Source of the DNA: a candidate division CPR3 bacterium GWF2_35_18
GTDB taxonomy: Bacteria; Patescibacteriota; CPR3; GWF2-35-18
Assembly (NCBI GenBank): GCA_001771135.1
Contig: MESW01000003.1
Coordinates: 136,719 to 200,718 of the forward strand
Direction: 5' to 3'
DNA length: 64,000 bases
Shown: positions 48,488 through 58,799 of the stretch, piece after piece
How the letters are laid out: the number at the start of each line of letters is the position of its first letter
Position numbering within the stretch: the stretch's first letter is position 1
Translations under genes and position numbers: made by a program
The notes under the pieces: model-generated
Told to the model about the DNA's origin: nothing
The model's database searches: none
The model's input: only the letters and a program-made list of their open reading frames with translations

Positions 48488-49639
48488 TTAAGCTGGTTTA
48501 ATTATACTATCAATTTCAAAAATAATCGCAGAGGCTGCGTCCACTTTTAATTGAGTTCGAAACTCTGTTCCAATATTTCGATATCTTTCAATGTTGTCAA
48601 ACATCTCCTTGATAACTGTCTTTAACCTCCAGGATTTCAAATTGTTCTCGCTCAAAATACGTGCTAATCCTGCATCACTGAGAATTTCGGCGTTCTTTTG
48701 CTGTTCAGAATTCACAACCCAAGGAATCGGAATCAAAACACTAGGTTTGCCCAAAACACCTAATTCATAAATAGTATTTGCACCCGAACGCGAGACAACT
48801 AAATCAGCAATATTCAATAACCAACCAATCTCTTTTGTGTCAATCCACGGAGCAATATAATAATGTTCGTTAGGTTTAAATATAATTTTCCCACTTTTAA
48901 TCGCTTCCCAATCTTTGTAACCACACTGGTGAATCACGCTGTAACTCTTAAGAAGCTCTGGCAATAATTCCCAGATAAGTTTATTAATTGTTTGTGATCC
49001 CTGATTACCGCCAGTAATATAGATTAGCTTTTTATTACTATCATCCAGTTTCTCTTGAATGATTTTTTGAAGTGATTTTGGTAATGATTTTAAGGTCTTT
49101 TTTTCAAGATTAAAGATCTCTTTCCGAATTGGATTTCCGGTCAGGACAACTTTTTTCTTGGGAAAATATTTCAAAGATTTTTCAAAGGAAACCAATATTT
49201 TTTTGGCGAAGATCGAAATAATCCTGTTTGAAAGACCAACTGCAACTGTCTGTTCATGAGTGATAGCGGGGATTTTTAGTAAAAACGCAGTTATAACTAC
49301 GGGAACAGCTAAGTAACCACCAAAAGACATTATTAAATTTGGTTTTTCATTTTTTAGTATTTTATAAGCTTGTAAAAAACCATGTGGTATTTTCAATAAA
49401 GAAGAAACTGTATGTTTTGAAAATCTACGTTGTAATCTTCCGGTTTCCAAATCAATATATTTGATACCGGATATTTTGGATATAACCTGATAATCATTAG
49501 AAAGTATTTTTTCTCCTTCAAAAGTATACCTTCGCCCGAAATATATAATTTCTATTTTCTCTTTTTTCCTCTTAAGTTCATCTATTACAGCCAAGGCTGG
49601 AGTAAGATGACCACCTGTAATTGCTATTTTCATATTCAT
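48488..49639 (-). CDS. murG: lipid II GlcNAc transferase
   Basis: TGGHLTP, FGGY, HEQ, TGNP, GGNQG, SRSGANT, QQKNA. Confidence 0.95.
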   Translation of the reverse strand: MNMKIAITGGHLTPALAVIDELKRKKEKIEIIYFGRRYTFEGEKILSNDYQVISKISGIKYIDLETGRLQRRFSKHTVSSLLKIPHGFLQAYKILKNEKPNLIMSFGGYLAVPVVITAFLLKIPAITHEQTVAVGLSNRIISIFAKKILVSFEKSLKYFPKKKVVLTGNPIRKEIFNLEKKTLKSLPKSLQKIIQEKLDDSNKKLIYITGGNQGSQTINKLIWELLPELLKSYSVIHQCGYKDWEAIKSGKIIFKPNEHYYIAPWIDTKEIGWLLNIADLVVSRSGANTIYELGVLGKPSVLIPIPWVVNSEQQKNAEILSDAGLARILSENNLKSWRLKTVIKEMFDNIERYRNIGTEFRTQLKVDAASAIIFEIDSIIKPA

Positions 49640-50523
49640 ATTAGAAATTCCTTAATCCTCGTTTTTAATTTCTCCTCTTGATTCGTAAACCAATGATCTG
49701 CTCCCGGAATAATATGAGTTTGAATATTTTTATTCAAATTTTCTAATCTTTTTAAACTTTCTTCCGCATTTCTCATATATTTATCATTATCTCCGGAAAT
49801 GATCAACGTGGGCAATTCTAATCCTCTTATGCGTTGAAAGTCAAATTGAGAGTCGTGAAAGTTAAAGTTATCAATGACACTTTCTGGTCCAAAACGATCA
49901 TAATAGGTTCCAGCTGAAATCATTTTCAAATAAGCATCACTGGGCATATACTCTTTTCCTTTGTTTTGCGCTATTAATTTCTTAGCCAGATTTAAATAAT
50001 GTTCCGCTTTATCTTGAACTTTTTCTTTCCATAATACAATGTTATTACTGGGAGAGATTAAGATTACTTTGGTAATTAACGTATTCTCTTTTTCGTCAAG
50101 ATAATAAAGAATTTTATGTGTCGCTAGACTAGATCCAACTATAACAATTTCCTCAAAACCCTTAGCTGCACAGAAACTAATCCAAGCTTCAAAATCAAAA
50201 ATACACTCTTTAATAATTTCAAAGCGCCCGTTAAAATCACCACCGCGGTTATTAACTGTTAAAAAAGCATAACCTTCAGATAAAGCTACGCTTTCTAAAT
50301 ACTGAATCGTATTTCCACGGTAAAAATTGCTATGAGCTCCATGCGTATAAAGAAAAACTTTTTTAGTTTCTTCATTCGGTTCATTATAAAATCCATGTAA
50401 AATCAGATTATCACTTGTTTTCACTCTTACCAAATGACCGTTACTAAAAAAAGGAACCACATGATATGTTTCTGATAATACTGCCCTTTCGTAATTTTTT
50501 TCTTGAAAGTTATTTATTTGCAT
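49636..50523 (-). CDS. alpha/beta hydrolase (DUF1749-like)
   Basis: HG..SNFY, GSSLA nucleophile elbow, GDND, ADH. Confidence 0.8.
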   Translation of the reverse strand: MQINNFQEKNYERAVLSETYHVVPFFSNGHLVRVKTSDNLILHGFYNEPNEETKKVFLYTHGAHSNFYRGNTIQYLESVALSEGYAFLTVNNRGGDFNGRFEIIKECIFDFEAWISFCAAKGFEEIVIVGSSLATHKILYYLDEKENTLITKVILISPSNNIVLWKEKVQDKAEHYLNLAKKLIAQNKGKEYMPSDAYLKMISAGTYYDRFGPESVIDNFNFHDSQFDFQRIRGLELPTLIISGDNDKYMRNAEESLKRLENLNKNIQTHIIPGADHWFTNQEEKLKTRIKEFLI

Positions 50524-50526
50524 CTT

Positions 50527-51096
50527 TTAATCCAAAAGCAATTTAACCGCTTTGTATTTATCTCTAATTAGTCTCTGGGCAAAAGGTGTTAGTTTATTCC
50601 AACTCCGCTCTAGTTTTTCTTTGACAAACTCTTTTCCTGCAAATGGATCTAGCTTTTTTATCTCAAAAGCAAGATAAAATAATGAATAAAGAGAATCAAA
50701 ATGAGCCATTGCATCTCCATCTGCAACACATTGAGCCTCGATAGTTTCTCTTTTAATCTGTTTACTACCTCGATGTGCAAAAATACAGTGTTTTACTTTA
50801 TCAATCTCCTTTTGAGGATAATGAAAAAGTGAAAGAATTTCCTGAGCATACCGTTGTCCGTGAATGTGATGTTCTTTTATTTCTTTTGAGTTTGAAATGC
50901 TAGCAATATCATGTAAAAGTGCCGCAATTTCAACAATATCCACATCAGCATGTCTTTTTAAAGCTAGCATTTTGGCATATTTAATCACGGGTAAAAGATG
51001 GGTTTCCCAAACATCGGGACCAAAGGTGTTTGCAGGCTTTTTCGCCTGTTTCTGAACAATCGTATAAAGTTTCTGTATAATTTCTTTAGTTTGCAT
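50527..51096 (-). CDS. HD domain protein
   Basis: H...ALLHD...HH...H...DGD. Confidence 0.87.
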   Translation of the reverse strand: MQTKEIIQKLYTIVQKQAKKPANTFGPDVWETHLLPVIKYAKMLALKRHADVDIVEIAALLHDIASISNSKEIKEHHIHGQRYAQEILSLFHYPQKEIDKVKHCIFAHRGSKQIKRETIEAQCVADGDAMAHFDSLYSLFYLAFEIKKLDPFAGKEFVKEKLERSWNKLTPFAQRLIRDKYKAVKLLLD

Positions 51097-51108
51097 TTTT
51101 AGTTTTTG

Positions 51109-52320
51109 TTATCTTCTATTTCCCTGCTTACTGATATTCGTCAGAATTCCAACTCCAATCATAATTGAAAGTAAAGCTGAACCTCCATAAGAAATAAAAG
51201 GAAGTGGAATTCCGGTTAAAGGAAATATTGCAGTCATCGCTCCAATATTAACAATTACTTGTAAGGTAATCCAAAAAATAATTCCTGCCGAAAGAAGCTT
51301 CCCAAATTCATCTGGAGCATTTTCTATGATCTTCCATCCTCGCCAAAATAGAAAAGCAAATATCAGAATTACTATAACTGTCCCAATAAAACCAAATTCT
51401 TCTCCAATGATAGCAAAAATTGAATCGGCATAAACCTCAGGAATATATTGATATTTCTGTCGCGAAGATCCCAAACCCAAACCAGTAAGACCTCCAGAAC
51501 CTAAAGCAATGAGTACTTGATTAATATGATAAGAAATCCCTCCCGGATCAGTAGAAGGATCAAGAAAAGCAAGAAGCCTGGCTTTACGATAGGGAGAAAG
51601 TACAATAAGACCAACACCCGCAAGGAGTAAGAAAGGAATCGATAAGATAAATTGCCATATCTGTGATCCAGAAAGGAAATAAACTAACAAACTGCTCCCA
51701 AAAATAATTACGGTCGTTCCCAAATCAGGTTCAAGAAGAAGCAAAATAGCTACAATTCCGATCATAAAAAGAAACGGGAGAAAAATCTCAAAAGAATGGC
51801 TTTTAATTTTTGATTTTGTCTTTTTGGTTAACCAAGTAGCAAAATATATAATGACGGATATCTTTGTAAACTCCGAAGGCTGAATCCCAAAAATCCAACG
51901 TTTAGCTCCATAAATTTCGGTTCCAACACCCGGAATAAGAACTAGGATTAAAAGGACTATTGTACCAATCATGATTGGTACGGCCAAACTCTCAAAGATA
52001 TGATAGTCGATTTTTTGGAAAATGTAGAAAAGTATTAGACCTACTCCTATCCACATTGCTTGATATTTGAGAAAACGAAATCCGTCACCAAAATCATAAA
52101 AAGCCTTCACTGCCGATGCGTCATAGACCATAAATAAACCGAAGGCAAGCAAAATAAAAACTGTCACCAGAAATGGGAAGTCAGGTCGTCCGTAATTTAT
52201 ATTTGAATTACCTCGGCTACTAGAAAATAAGGTTTTAAAACTTGAAGACCAACTTCTTTTTTTTGGCCTTAGAGTCGTTGGATATTTTTTATGGTTAACC
52301 GTTCCTCTTAATTTCCTCAT
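51109..52320 (-). CDS. ftsW: SEDS protein FtsW
   Basis: QPSEF, EPDLGT, SRQKYQYIPE, GIPLPFISYGGS; in dcw cluster; start uncertain. Confidence 0.92.
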   Translation of the reverse strand: MRKLRGTVNHKKYPTTLRPKKRSWSSSFKTLFSSSRGNSNINYGRPDFPFLVTVFILLAFGLFMVYDASAVKAFYDFGDGFRFLKYQAMWIGVGLILFYIFQKIDYHIFESLAVPIMIGTIVLLILVLIPGVGTEIYGAKRWIFGIQPSEFTKISVIIYFATWLTKKTKSKIKSHSFEIFLPFLFMIGIVAILLLLEPDLGTTVIIFGSSLLVYFLSGSQIWQFILSIPFLLLAGVGLIVLSPYRKARLLAFLDPSTDPGGISYHINQVLIALGSGGLTGLGLGSSRQKYQYIPEVYADSIFAIIGEEFGFIGTVIVILIFAFLFWRGWKIIENAPDEFGKLLSAGIIFWITLQVIVNIGAMTAIFPLTGIPLPFISYGGSALLSIMIGVGILTNISKQGNRR

Positions 52321-52369
52321 ATATTATACCCATTCAATTTCTCATTTGAATTTAAGGTGTTGTTAAATG

Positions 52370-52420
52370 GGTAATACTCATCTACTTTTGTTGCAAGTTC
52401 AAGGAAGATGAGTATATTAC
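52370..52420. repeat. 51-bp palindromic dispersed element, copy B
   Basis: Perfect 10-bp IR ATACTCATCT (52374-52383) / AGATGAGTAT (52406-52415); 41/51 identical to copy A. Confidence 0.75.
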
Positions 52421-52953
52421 TCTTTAACATACAAAAATACTTTTTCTTTTTCAAATTTTTTCCTCTCTTTCCAATTCAAGAAAGGAAATCTGTAGGTGAT
52501 AACTTGTGCTCCTTTTTTTAATTTTTTTTGAAGCATCTGCTCTATCTGCGCAATTTTTTCGGGAAAAAGATAAAGATACAAAATATCCGCTTCAGAAAAT
52601 GGAGCTTGCATAAAATTCTCTCTTTTTACAGTTACTTTATCATTCAAACCGTGTAATAACACATTGATTTTGGAAATAAAAAACCAAAAAGGATTCAATT
52701 CATAACCTATTGCCAGAGCCCCTTTTTTTGCCGCTTCGAGGAGAACTCTACCATCACCGGAACCCAAATCAAAAAAAACTGATCCTTCCTTTATATCTGT
52801 ATAATCTAATACCTTTTTAATAACGCCATAATTACTTGGAACAAAAGGAGCGCCAAAAAAGTATGCTCTAAATGAAAAAAACACAAATAATAAGACTAGG
52901 AATAAAATTGAAAATAGCAGAATTAAACCAATTGTATTCAACACAAAAATCAC
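52417..52953 (-). CDS. membrane-anchored class I SAM-dependent methyltransferase
   Basis: APFVPS, DLGSGDGR, GYELNP. Confidence 0.88.
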   Translation of the reverse strand: MIFVLNTIGLILLFSILFLVLLFVFFSFRAYFFGAPFVPSNYGVIKKVLDYTDIKEGSVFFDLGSGDGRVLLEAAKKGALAIGYELNPFWFFISKINVLLHGLNDKVTVKRENFMQAPFSEADILYLYLFPEKIAQIEQMLQKKLKKGAQVITYRFPFLNWKERKKFEKEKVFLYVKE

Positions 52954-54368
52954 TCCAAAATTAAATTAATTCCCTTTTTAAATAGATCTCCTCGTTGACG
53001 ATAATTTTCGTACATGTCAAAACTCGCACATGCAGGAGAAAGAAGAATAACATCACCTTTTTCTGAAAAACTAATACAATCTGAAATAATTTTACTCATT
53101 TCAGGATAACCTGCTCTAATAATTCTGAAGGAACGATTTAGCTTTTCCTTCTTTTGGGCAGATAAAATTGAGGCTTCAATTTTATCTGCCATATCCCCAA
53201 TTAGATAAGCTACTTTTACCGTCGAGTTTATTATCTTCTCCCCTAATTTGGTATAATCCTGACCCTTATCGCTCCCACCTAAAATAACTATTAAAGGTTC
53301 ATCAAAGGCATCAATAGCAGCAATAACTGGTTCGGGATTTGTAGCCGCCGAATCGTCGTAGTAGGAGACATCGGAAACTTGATTCACAAATTCTAAACGA
53401 TGCTCATATCCCATAAATTCAAAGAGACCTTTTCTTAATGATTTTGTCGCACAATCTAATAAACTACAAACAGATAGGGCAGCACATATATTTTCAAGAT
53501 GATGCCGACCACGCAGTTTTACCTCATTAATATCTCCAATCTCCGTAACTTTTTCATTCTTTACTTTCAATTTTGTTCCAGAAACAAACGCTCCCCTTGC
53601 TACCTCCCCCATTATGCTATAAAAATACTGCTGTCCCTTACTAACTTCTCCAATTGTTTTTGATAACTGATCATTTTCTTTAGTAACGATAAAATCATTT
53701 TTATTCTGGGATTTCACAAGCTGTTTTTTCGCCTCTAGATAATCTTTCATACTTTTGTGGTAATTGGGAGCTTTCGCGCTTTCAGGAGCAAGATGATCTG
53801 GTGCAATTCCCAGAATCACAGCAATATATGGGCTTTTTTCAAAGTCCTCAAGCTGAAAAGAGGATAACTCTAAAACAACGTAAGACTTAACTTTCACCTT
53901 CTCTAAAAAATCCAGCGGCGGAACGCCAATATTTCCTCCCACAAAAACTTCCTTTTTATCAGCTTTTAAAACTGATTCAATTAATTTACAGGTTGTTCCT
54001 TTTCCTTTAGTTCCGGTAACCCCAATAATATTTTTTGTTGGCACAAGCTCCATAAAAAGCTTAACACTGCTTGAAATCTTAATCCCTTTTTGTTTTGCCT
54101 TCACAATTTCCGGTAAAAACAAGGGAACTCCCGGAGCACGTAGAATAAATGTAAATTCGAATAAATGCTTCAAGTGATCTTTTCCTAAAAAATATGGCAT
54201 TTTCCATTTCGTGATATAGTCAAAATTTTTACCTAACTCCTTTTGTGACTGTTGTTCTAGTATTGAGAAGGGAATTTTATGCCGAAAAAGAAATTCTCCA
54301 CTAGAAATTCCTTCCTTAGAAAGACCTAAAATGGCTATCTTTTCTTTTTTTAATTCATTTATTGTCAT
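52950..54368 (-). CDS. murD: UDP-MurNAc-L-Ala--D-Glu ligase
   Basis: TGTKGKGTT, GGNIG, ELSSFQL, HRLE, DDSAATN, LSPACASFD. Confidence 0.96.
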   Translation of the reverse strand: MTINELKKEKIAILGLSKEGISSGEFLFRHKIPFSILEQQSQKELGKNFDYITKWKMPYFLGKDHLKHLFEFTFILRAPGVPLFLPEIVKAKQKGIKISSSVKLFMELVPTKNIIGVTGTKGKGTTCKLIESVLKADKKEVFVGGNIGVPPLDFLEKVKVKSYVVLELSSFQLEDFEKSPYIAVILGIAPDHLAPESAKAPNYHKSMKDYLEAKKQLVKSQNKNDFIVTKENDQLSKTIGEVSKGQQYFYSIMGEVARGAFVSGTKLKVKNEKVTEIGDINEVKLRGRHHLENICAALSVCSLLDCATKSLRKGLFEFMGYEHRLEFVNQVSDVSYYDDSAATNPEPVIAAIDAFDEPLIVILGGSDKGQDYTKLGEKIINSTVKVAYLIGDMADKIEASILSAQKKEKLNRSFRIIRAGYPEMSKIISDCISFSEKGDVILLSPACASFDMYENYRQRGDLFKKGINLILE

Positions 54369-54469
54369 AGTTAATTTTTTATTCTGATCAAAACTGAAGC
54401 TAGATCAGAAGACGGATAATACCAAATCCCGCCTGCACTTGCCTAATACAAGAGCATTTAACAAGCAGG

Positions 54470-55279
54470 TTAATCGGTAGGAAACGTCATTTTTTTAACC
54501 TTTGCGTTTAAAATATAAATAAAATTTTGAATCGATCTATTTAATCTTTCAATGTTTGCTGTTGTATAAAAAGTATAATCAGGTTTTTGATTTTCAGCAA
54601 GTAAACCTTTATTTTCTAAAACTCTTTGAGTATGTCTCGCGACGGCTCCTCCAGAATCCAAAATCTGCACCCTTGCTCCAAAGATATCCTGAATTTGATT
54701 TCGAATTAAAGGAAAGTGTGTACAACCCAAAACAACCGTATCAATATTCTGATTTAAAAACGGAGTTAAGAGAAAATCCAACTCTTTCTCTATTTTTTTC
54801 TGTTTTAATTCTCCATTTTCTATCATCTTTACTAACTGACCCTCCCAATCTCCAAGCTTAAAAAACTTTATTCCCTTCCCAAACTTATTTATTAGAACAT
54901 TAAGGTAAGGATTCTCAATCGTACTTTGAGTCGCCAAAATAAGAACTTTTTTTGTAACTGTTTTTCCCCCGGCAGTTTTTATAACAGGCACTACTCCAAT
55001 AATCGGAACTTTGGGAAATTTTTCACGATAATAATCAATTCCGACCGTTGTGGCGGTGTTACAAGCAATCACAACTAATTTCACCTTCTGCTTTTCAAAA
55101 AATGACAACGCAGAAAGAACCCTTTTTCTGATCTGTGATTGGCTTTTTGTCCCGTAGGGACAAAAAGCCTGATCTGCAAAATAGATCAAATTTTCAAAAG
55201 GTAACAACTTTTTAATTTCCTGAAAAACGGAAAGACCACCTATTCCGGAATCAAAGATTCCAATAGCTTGATTATTCAT
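54470..55279 (-). CDS. murI: glutamate racemase
   Basis: FDSGIGG, PYG, IACNTA, LGCTHF. Confidence 0.97.
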   Translation of the reverse strand: MNNQAIGIFDSGIGGLSVFQEIKKLLPFENLIYFADQAFCPYGTKSQSQIRKRVLSALSFFEKQKVKLVVIACNTATTVGIDYYREKFPKVPIIGVVPVIKTAGGKTVTKKVLILATQSTIENPYLNVLINKFGKGIKFFKLGDWEGQLVKMIENGELKQKKIEKELDFLLTPFLNQNIDTVVLGCTHFPLIRNQIQDIFGARVQILDSGGAVARHTQRVLENKGLLAENQKPDYTFYTTANIERLNRSIQNFIYILNAKVKKMTFPTD

Positions 55280-55290
55280 ATAAATGCCTA

Positions 55291-56319
55291 TTAAAACTTT
55301 AAACTGGGAAGTAAAGCTAAAAAGATCCCGATAAATGCCAATACTCCACCAAGCAACCAGAAACGCATGGTAACCTTTGTTTCATCCCATCCTTTAGCTT
55401 CAAAGTGGTGATGAATCGGAGCACATTCAAAAACCTTCTTTCGAAAGTAAGCCTTTGAAAACCATTGAATGAGACTCGATAATGCTTCTATCACAAATAC
55501 TCCTCCAATAAAAATGAGCGGGACAAATTGATCCAAAATTAGCGCGATCACAACAAGCAAAGCTCCAAAGGACATCGCCCCAGTGTCTCCCAACCACACT
55601 CTAGCCGGATAAATATTAAAATAAAGAAAGGCCAAAAGAGATCCTAGTAACGTAGTAATAAAAACTGCAATATCACCATAACCAAATAAAGTATTCAAAT
55701 GCCAAAACGCAGCTAAAGTAATAATCAGTAACCCCACGGCAAGGCCATCAAGACCATCTGTAATATTGTACGCATTCGTCATAAAAGTGATAACCATCAT
55801 TGAAAATGGAATAAATGAGAATCCTAGATTAAGAAAATAACTACTTCCAATGAGAGGAATAGAGAATCCCGTAATATTTAAAGTAAAATAGAGATAATAG
55901 CTAATGAGAAATGAAAGAGCTAGTTGAATAATTAACTTATATCGCACTTGTAAACCCCAAAAACCAGTTTTTTTCCAGCCAAAAATCTTCTGGATATCGT
56001 CATAAAAACCCAAAAATCCAAAAGAGATCACGGTGAAAAAAAGAATTGTCGAAGTATTGTTGGGAGAAAAAGAGGTAAATAAATAAAAAGCCACAGATAA
56101 AAGCAAAACCGCTGCAATTACGAGGATACCACCTCCGGTAGGAGTTCCTTTTTTCCATCCGTGCAAACGCCAAAATATCGGCATATCCTTATCAAAGATA
56201 TCTTTAGGCTTTTCATCTTGACGTTGAAACTTTAAACGGTATAAAAGATTGATAAATGGTAGAGCCAAAATTAAAGTAAACAAAAAAGATAGAATTAAAA
56301 TTCCAAAAAGTTTCACCAT
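55291..56319 (-). CDS. mraY: phospho-MurNAc-pentapeptide transferase
   Basis: GTPTGGG, DD, NITDGLDGL, LGDTG, PIHHHFE. Confidence 0.96.
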   Translation of the reverse strand: MVKLFGILILSFLFTLILALPFINLLYRLKFQRQDEKPKDIFDKDMPIFWRLHGWKKGTPTGGGILVIAAVLLLSVAFYLFTSFSPNNTSTILFFTVISFGFLGFYDDIQKIFGWKKTGFWGLQVRYKLIIQLALSFLISYYLYFTLNITGFSIPLIGSSYFLNLGFSFIPFSMMVITFMTNAYNITDGLDGLAVGLLIITLAAFWHLNTLFGYGDIAVFITTLLGSLLAFLYFNIYPARVWLGDTGAMSFGALLVVIALILDQFVPLIFIGGVFVIEALSSLIQWFSKAYFRKKVFECAPIHHHFEAKGWDETKVTMRFWLLGGVLAFIGIFLALLPSLKF

Positions 56320-56551
56320 GTTTAATTACCTCATTAAATTTACATTATTCTATTTAGTCTGATAGAATTAGTTAACGATAGATCAATTACAGCCTCATTC
56401 ACTTTCTAAATTCAAGGTTTAACTGATTTATCGCAGAGATATACTTTTTGATTAATTTACAAAAATAGTATGCCTCTAATTGTATAACATTAGCTTAAAA
56501 ATGACAAAATACCGATTTTAGACTTTTGAAGTAATATTATTAATTAAAAAA

Positions 56552-57310
56552 ATGTTCGCAACTATTGATAATCTAAAAATATTTTATGAAATTTCCGGTC
56601 AAGGAAATCCAATAATTCTACTACATGGATGGGGTGGAAATCACAACTCTTTCTTCCCGATAACAGAAGTCCTTCGAGAAAATTTCCAAGTTATCACACT
56701 TGACCTTCCCGGCTTTGGTGAAAGTGAAGCAAGTAAGCTGATCTGGGGAATTAAAGAGTATGCAAAATTCCTCTCCGAGTTTATCAGCAAGATTAAAATA
56801 AAAGATCCCGTTTTGATCGGACATTCATTCGGAGGAACTATCGCAGCTGCTTTTGCCAATAAGAAAGATCTAAAACCTAAAAAACTTGTCCTTGTTGACG
56901 CTAAACTTGTTAAACCAAATAATAACTTCAAAAAGGTATTATTCCAGATTACCGCCAAAACAGGTAAAGTCATGACCTCATTTTTGAACAAAAACCTCCA
57001 GCAAAAAATTCGGTCACAATTCTATAATCAAGTTGGGGAACATGATTACGAAAACTTAGATGGCGTTATGAAAAAAAATTTTATTGAAATAATTAGTCAC
57101 GACTACCAAGAAACTCTATCCAAAATTCAAGCAAAAACATTAATTATCTGGGGAGATAAGGATCTTGATACCCCCTTATCTGATGCTTATATAATTAAGA
57201 AGTTAATTCCTGATTCAAAACTTATCATTATACCTGGCACTCATTTTGCCTATTTGGAGGAGCCTAAAGAATTTTGTAAAATAGTTACTAAATTTATCAA
57301 GGAAAAGTAA
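56552..57310 (+). CDS. alpha/beta hydrolase
   Basis: LHGWG, DLPGFG, GHSFGG, WGDKD, THF. Confidence 0.9.
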   Translation: MFATIDNLKIFYEISGQGNPIILLHGWGGNHNSFFPITEVLRENFQVITLDLPGFGESEASKLIWGIKEYAKFLSEFISKIKIKDPVLIGHSFGGTIAAAFANKKDLKPKKLVLVDAKLVKPNNNFKKVLFQITAKTGKVMTSFLNKNLQQKIRSQFYNQVGEHDYENLDGVMKKNFIEIISHDYQETLSKIQAKTLIIWGDKDLDTPLSDAYIIKKLIPDSKLIIIPGTHFAYLEEPKEFCKIVTKFIKEK

Positions 57311-57323
57311 GTTAATAAAATTT

Positions 57324-58796
57324 ATGAAAAAAATATTTAATATCCTCTTTCCTATTTTTGATTGGCTTTATATCTTACAAACCCTAGAATATAGCTCTGG
57401 AAACTTCGGAAGATGGATTATAAAAAATCTGTTAAAAAGAGATCTTCAAAAGAAGAAATCACTCATTTTTACTCCAAAAATAATTGTGATCCTTTTACTC
57501 AGTCTTTTTATGATGTTATTAAACTTGTCCCTTGCAATTGCGGTTTTCTCTCTGTTTTTTCACCCCAATACTCTTATCATAGCCATTCAGCTGCTTATTT
57601 TTATACAGATATTTTTCATCTACGTGTGGGCAAGTAATTATTTATTAGATCCGTTAAATGATCTTATTAAAACCTATTATGTCAGCAAGGCTTCCACAAA
57701 ATTGGATCATCATCAGAAATTAATCGTTATTGGAGTCACAGGTTCTTACGGAAAAACTTCGACAAAAGAAATACTTCATCAAATACTTTCAACTAAATAT
57801 AAAGTTTTAAAAACTCCATCTTCATACAATACCGCCGTTGGAGTAGCTAATGTAGTCCTCAAAGAATTGAAAAATGATCACGAAATTTTCATTGTAGAAA
57901 TGGGTGCTTATAAAAAAGGTGAAATCAAAAAAATCTGTGAGCTAACAAAGCCACACATCGGAATAATTACTGGTCTTAATGAACAACATCTGGATCGATT
58001 TAAAACAATTGAAAACACATTAAAAGCTAAAACTGAACTCATAGAAGCTTTACCTTCAAACAGCGTGATTGCCCTAAATTTTGATAATTCGTATCTTCGT
58101 TATTACTATAACCAAAATCTGAGAAATCAGAAAAAGTTAAAAGTAATTCCTTACGCCGTAAATGAGCAGGTTTCATGGAAAGCCGAAAATATCAAAGTAA
58201 AAATAGTAGCTGATGAGATTATAACTTCATTCGAATTAAAAATTGGAGAAAAACAGCTGAAAGTTGAGACTAAACTTCTGGGTAAACACAATATTTTGAA
58301 CATCATGGGGGCTCTTGCAATTGCCAAACAGCTCAAGATTAATCCTACTGATTTCAAAAATATTGTACAAAAATTAGAAGCTAGCGAACATCGGTTACAA
58401 CTTGTTCCTACCAATAATGGAATTATGGTAATTGATGATGCTTATTCAGCCAATCCCAGTGGTTTCGAAGCGGCTTTAGATTTTTTATCGGAACTTAATG
58501 ATAAACGTAAGATTATTGTCACCCCTGGAATTGTAGAACTGGGAAATAAAGAATTTGAAATTCATAATAAACTGGGAGAAAAAATGGGAAATATCTGTGA
58601 TTATGCCATCTTAATTGGAAAACAAAGTGGAAATAACAGAATTAGAGGGCTTTTAGCTGGGATTGAAAAATCAAAATTCAATAAAGAAAATCTTTTTACA
58701 GTAGATTCTTTAAAAGAAGCTCAGGAAAAGATTACAAAAATAGTCAAAATTGGAGATGTGATTCTTTTTGAAAACGATCTTCCGGACCAGTACTAG
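57324..58796 (+). CDS. murF: MurF ligase with N-terminal TM segments
   Basis: TGSYGKTSTK, SYNT, EMGAY, DDAYSANP, ENDLPD. Confidence 0.88.
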   Translation: MKKIFNILFPIFDWLYILQTLEYSSGNFGRWIIKNLLKRDLQKKKSLIFTPKIIVILLLSLFMMLLNLSLAIAVFSLFFHPNTLIIAIQLLIFIQIFFIYVWASNYLLDPLNDLIKTYYVSKASTKLDHHQKLIVIGVTGSYGKTSTKEILHQILSTKYKVLKTPSSYNTAVGVANVVLKELKNDHEIFIVEMGAYKKGEIKKICELTKPHIGIITGLNEQHLDRFKTIENTLKAKTELIEALPSNSVIALNFDNSYLRYYYNQNLRNQKKLKVIPYAVNEQVSWKAENIKVKIVADEIITSFELKIGEKQLKVETKLLGKHNILNIMGALAIAKQLKINPTDFKNIVQKLEASEHRLQLVPTNNGIMVIDDAYSANPSGFEAALDFLSELNDKRKIIVTPGIVELGNKEFEIHNKLGEKMGNICDYAILIGKQSGNNRIRGLLAGIEKSKFNKENLFTVDSLKEAQEKITKIVKIGDVILFENDLPDQY

Positions 58797-58799
58797 ATT

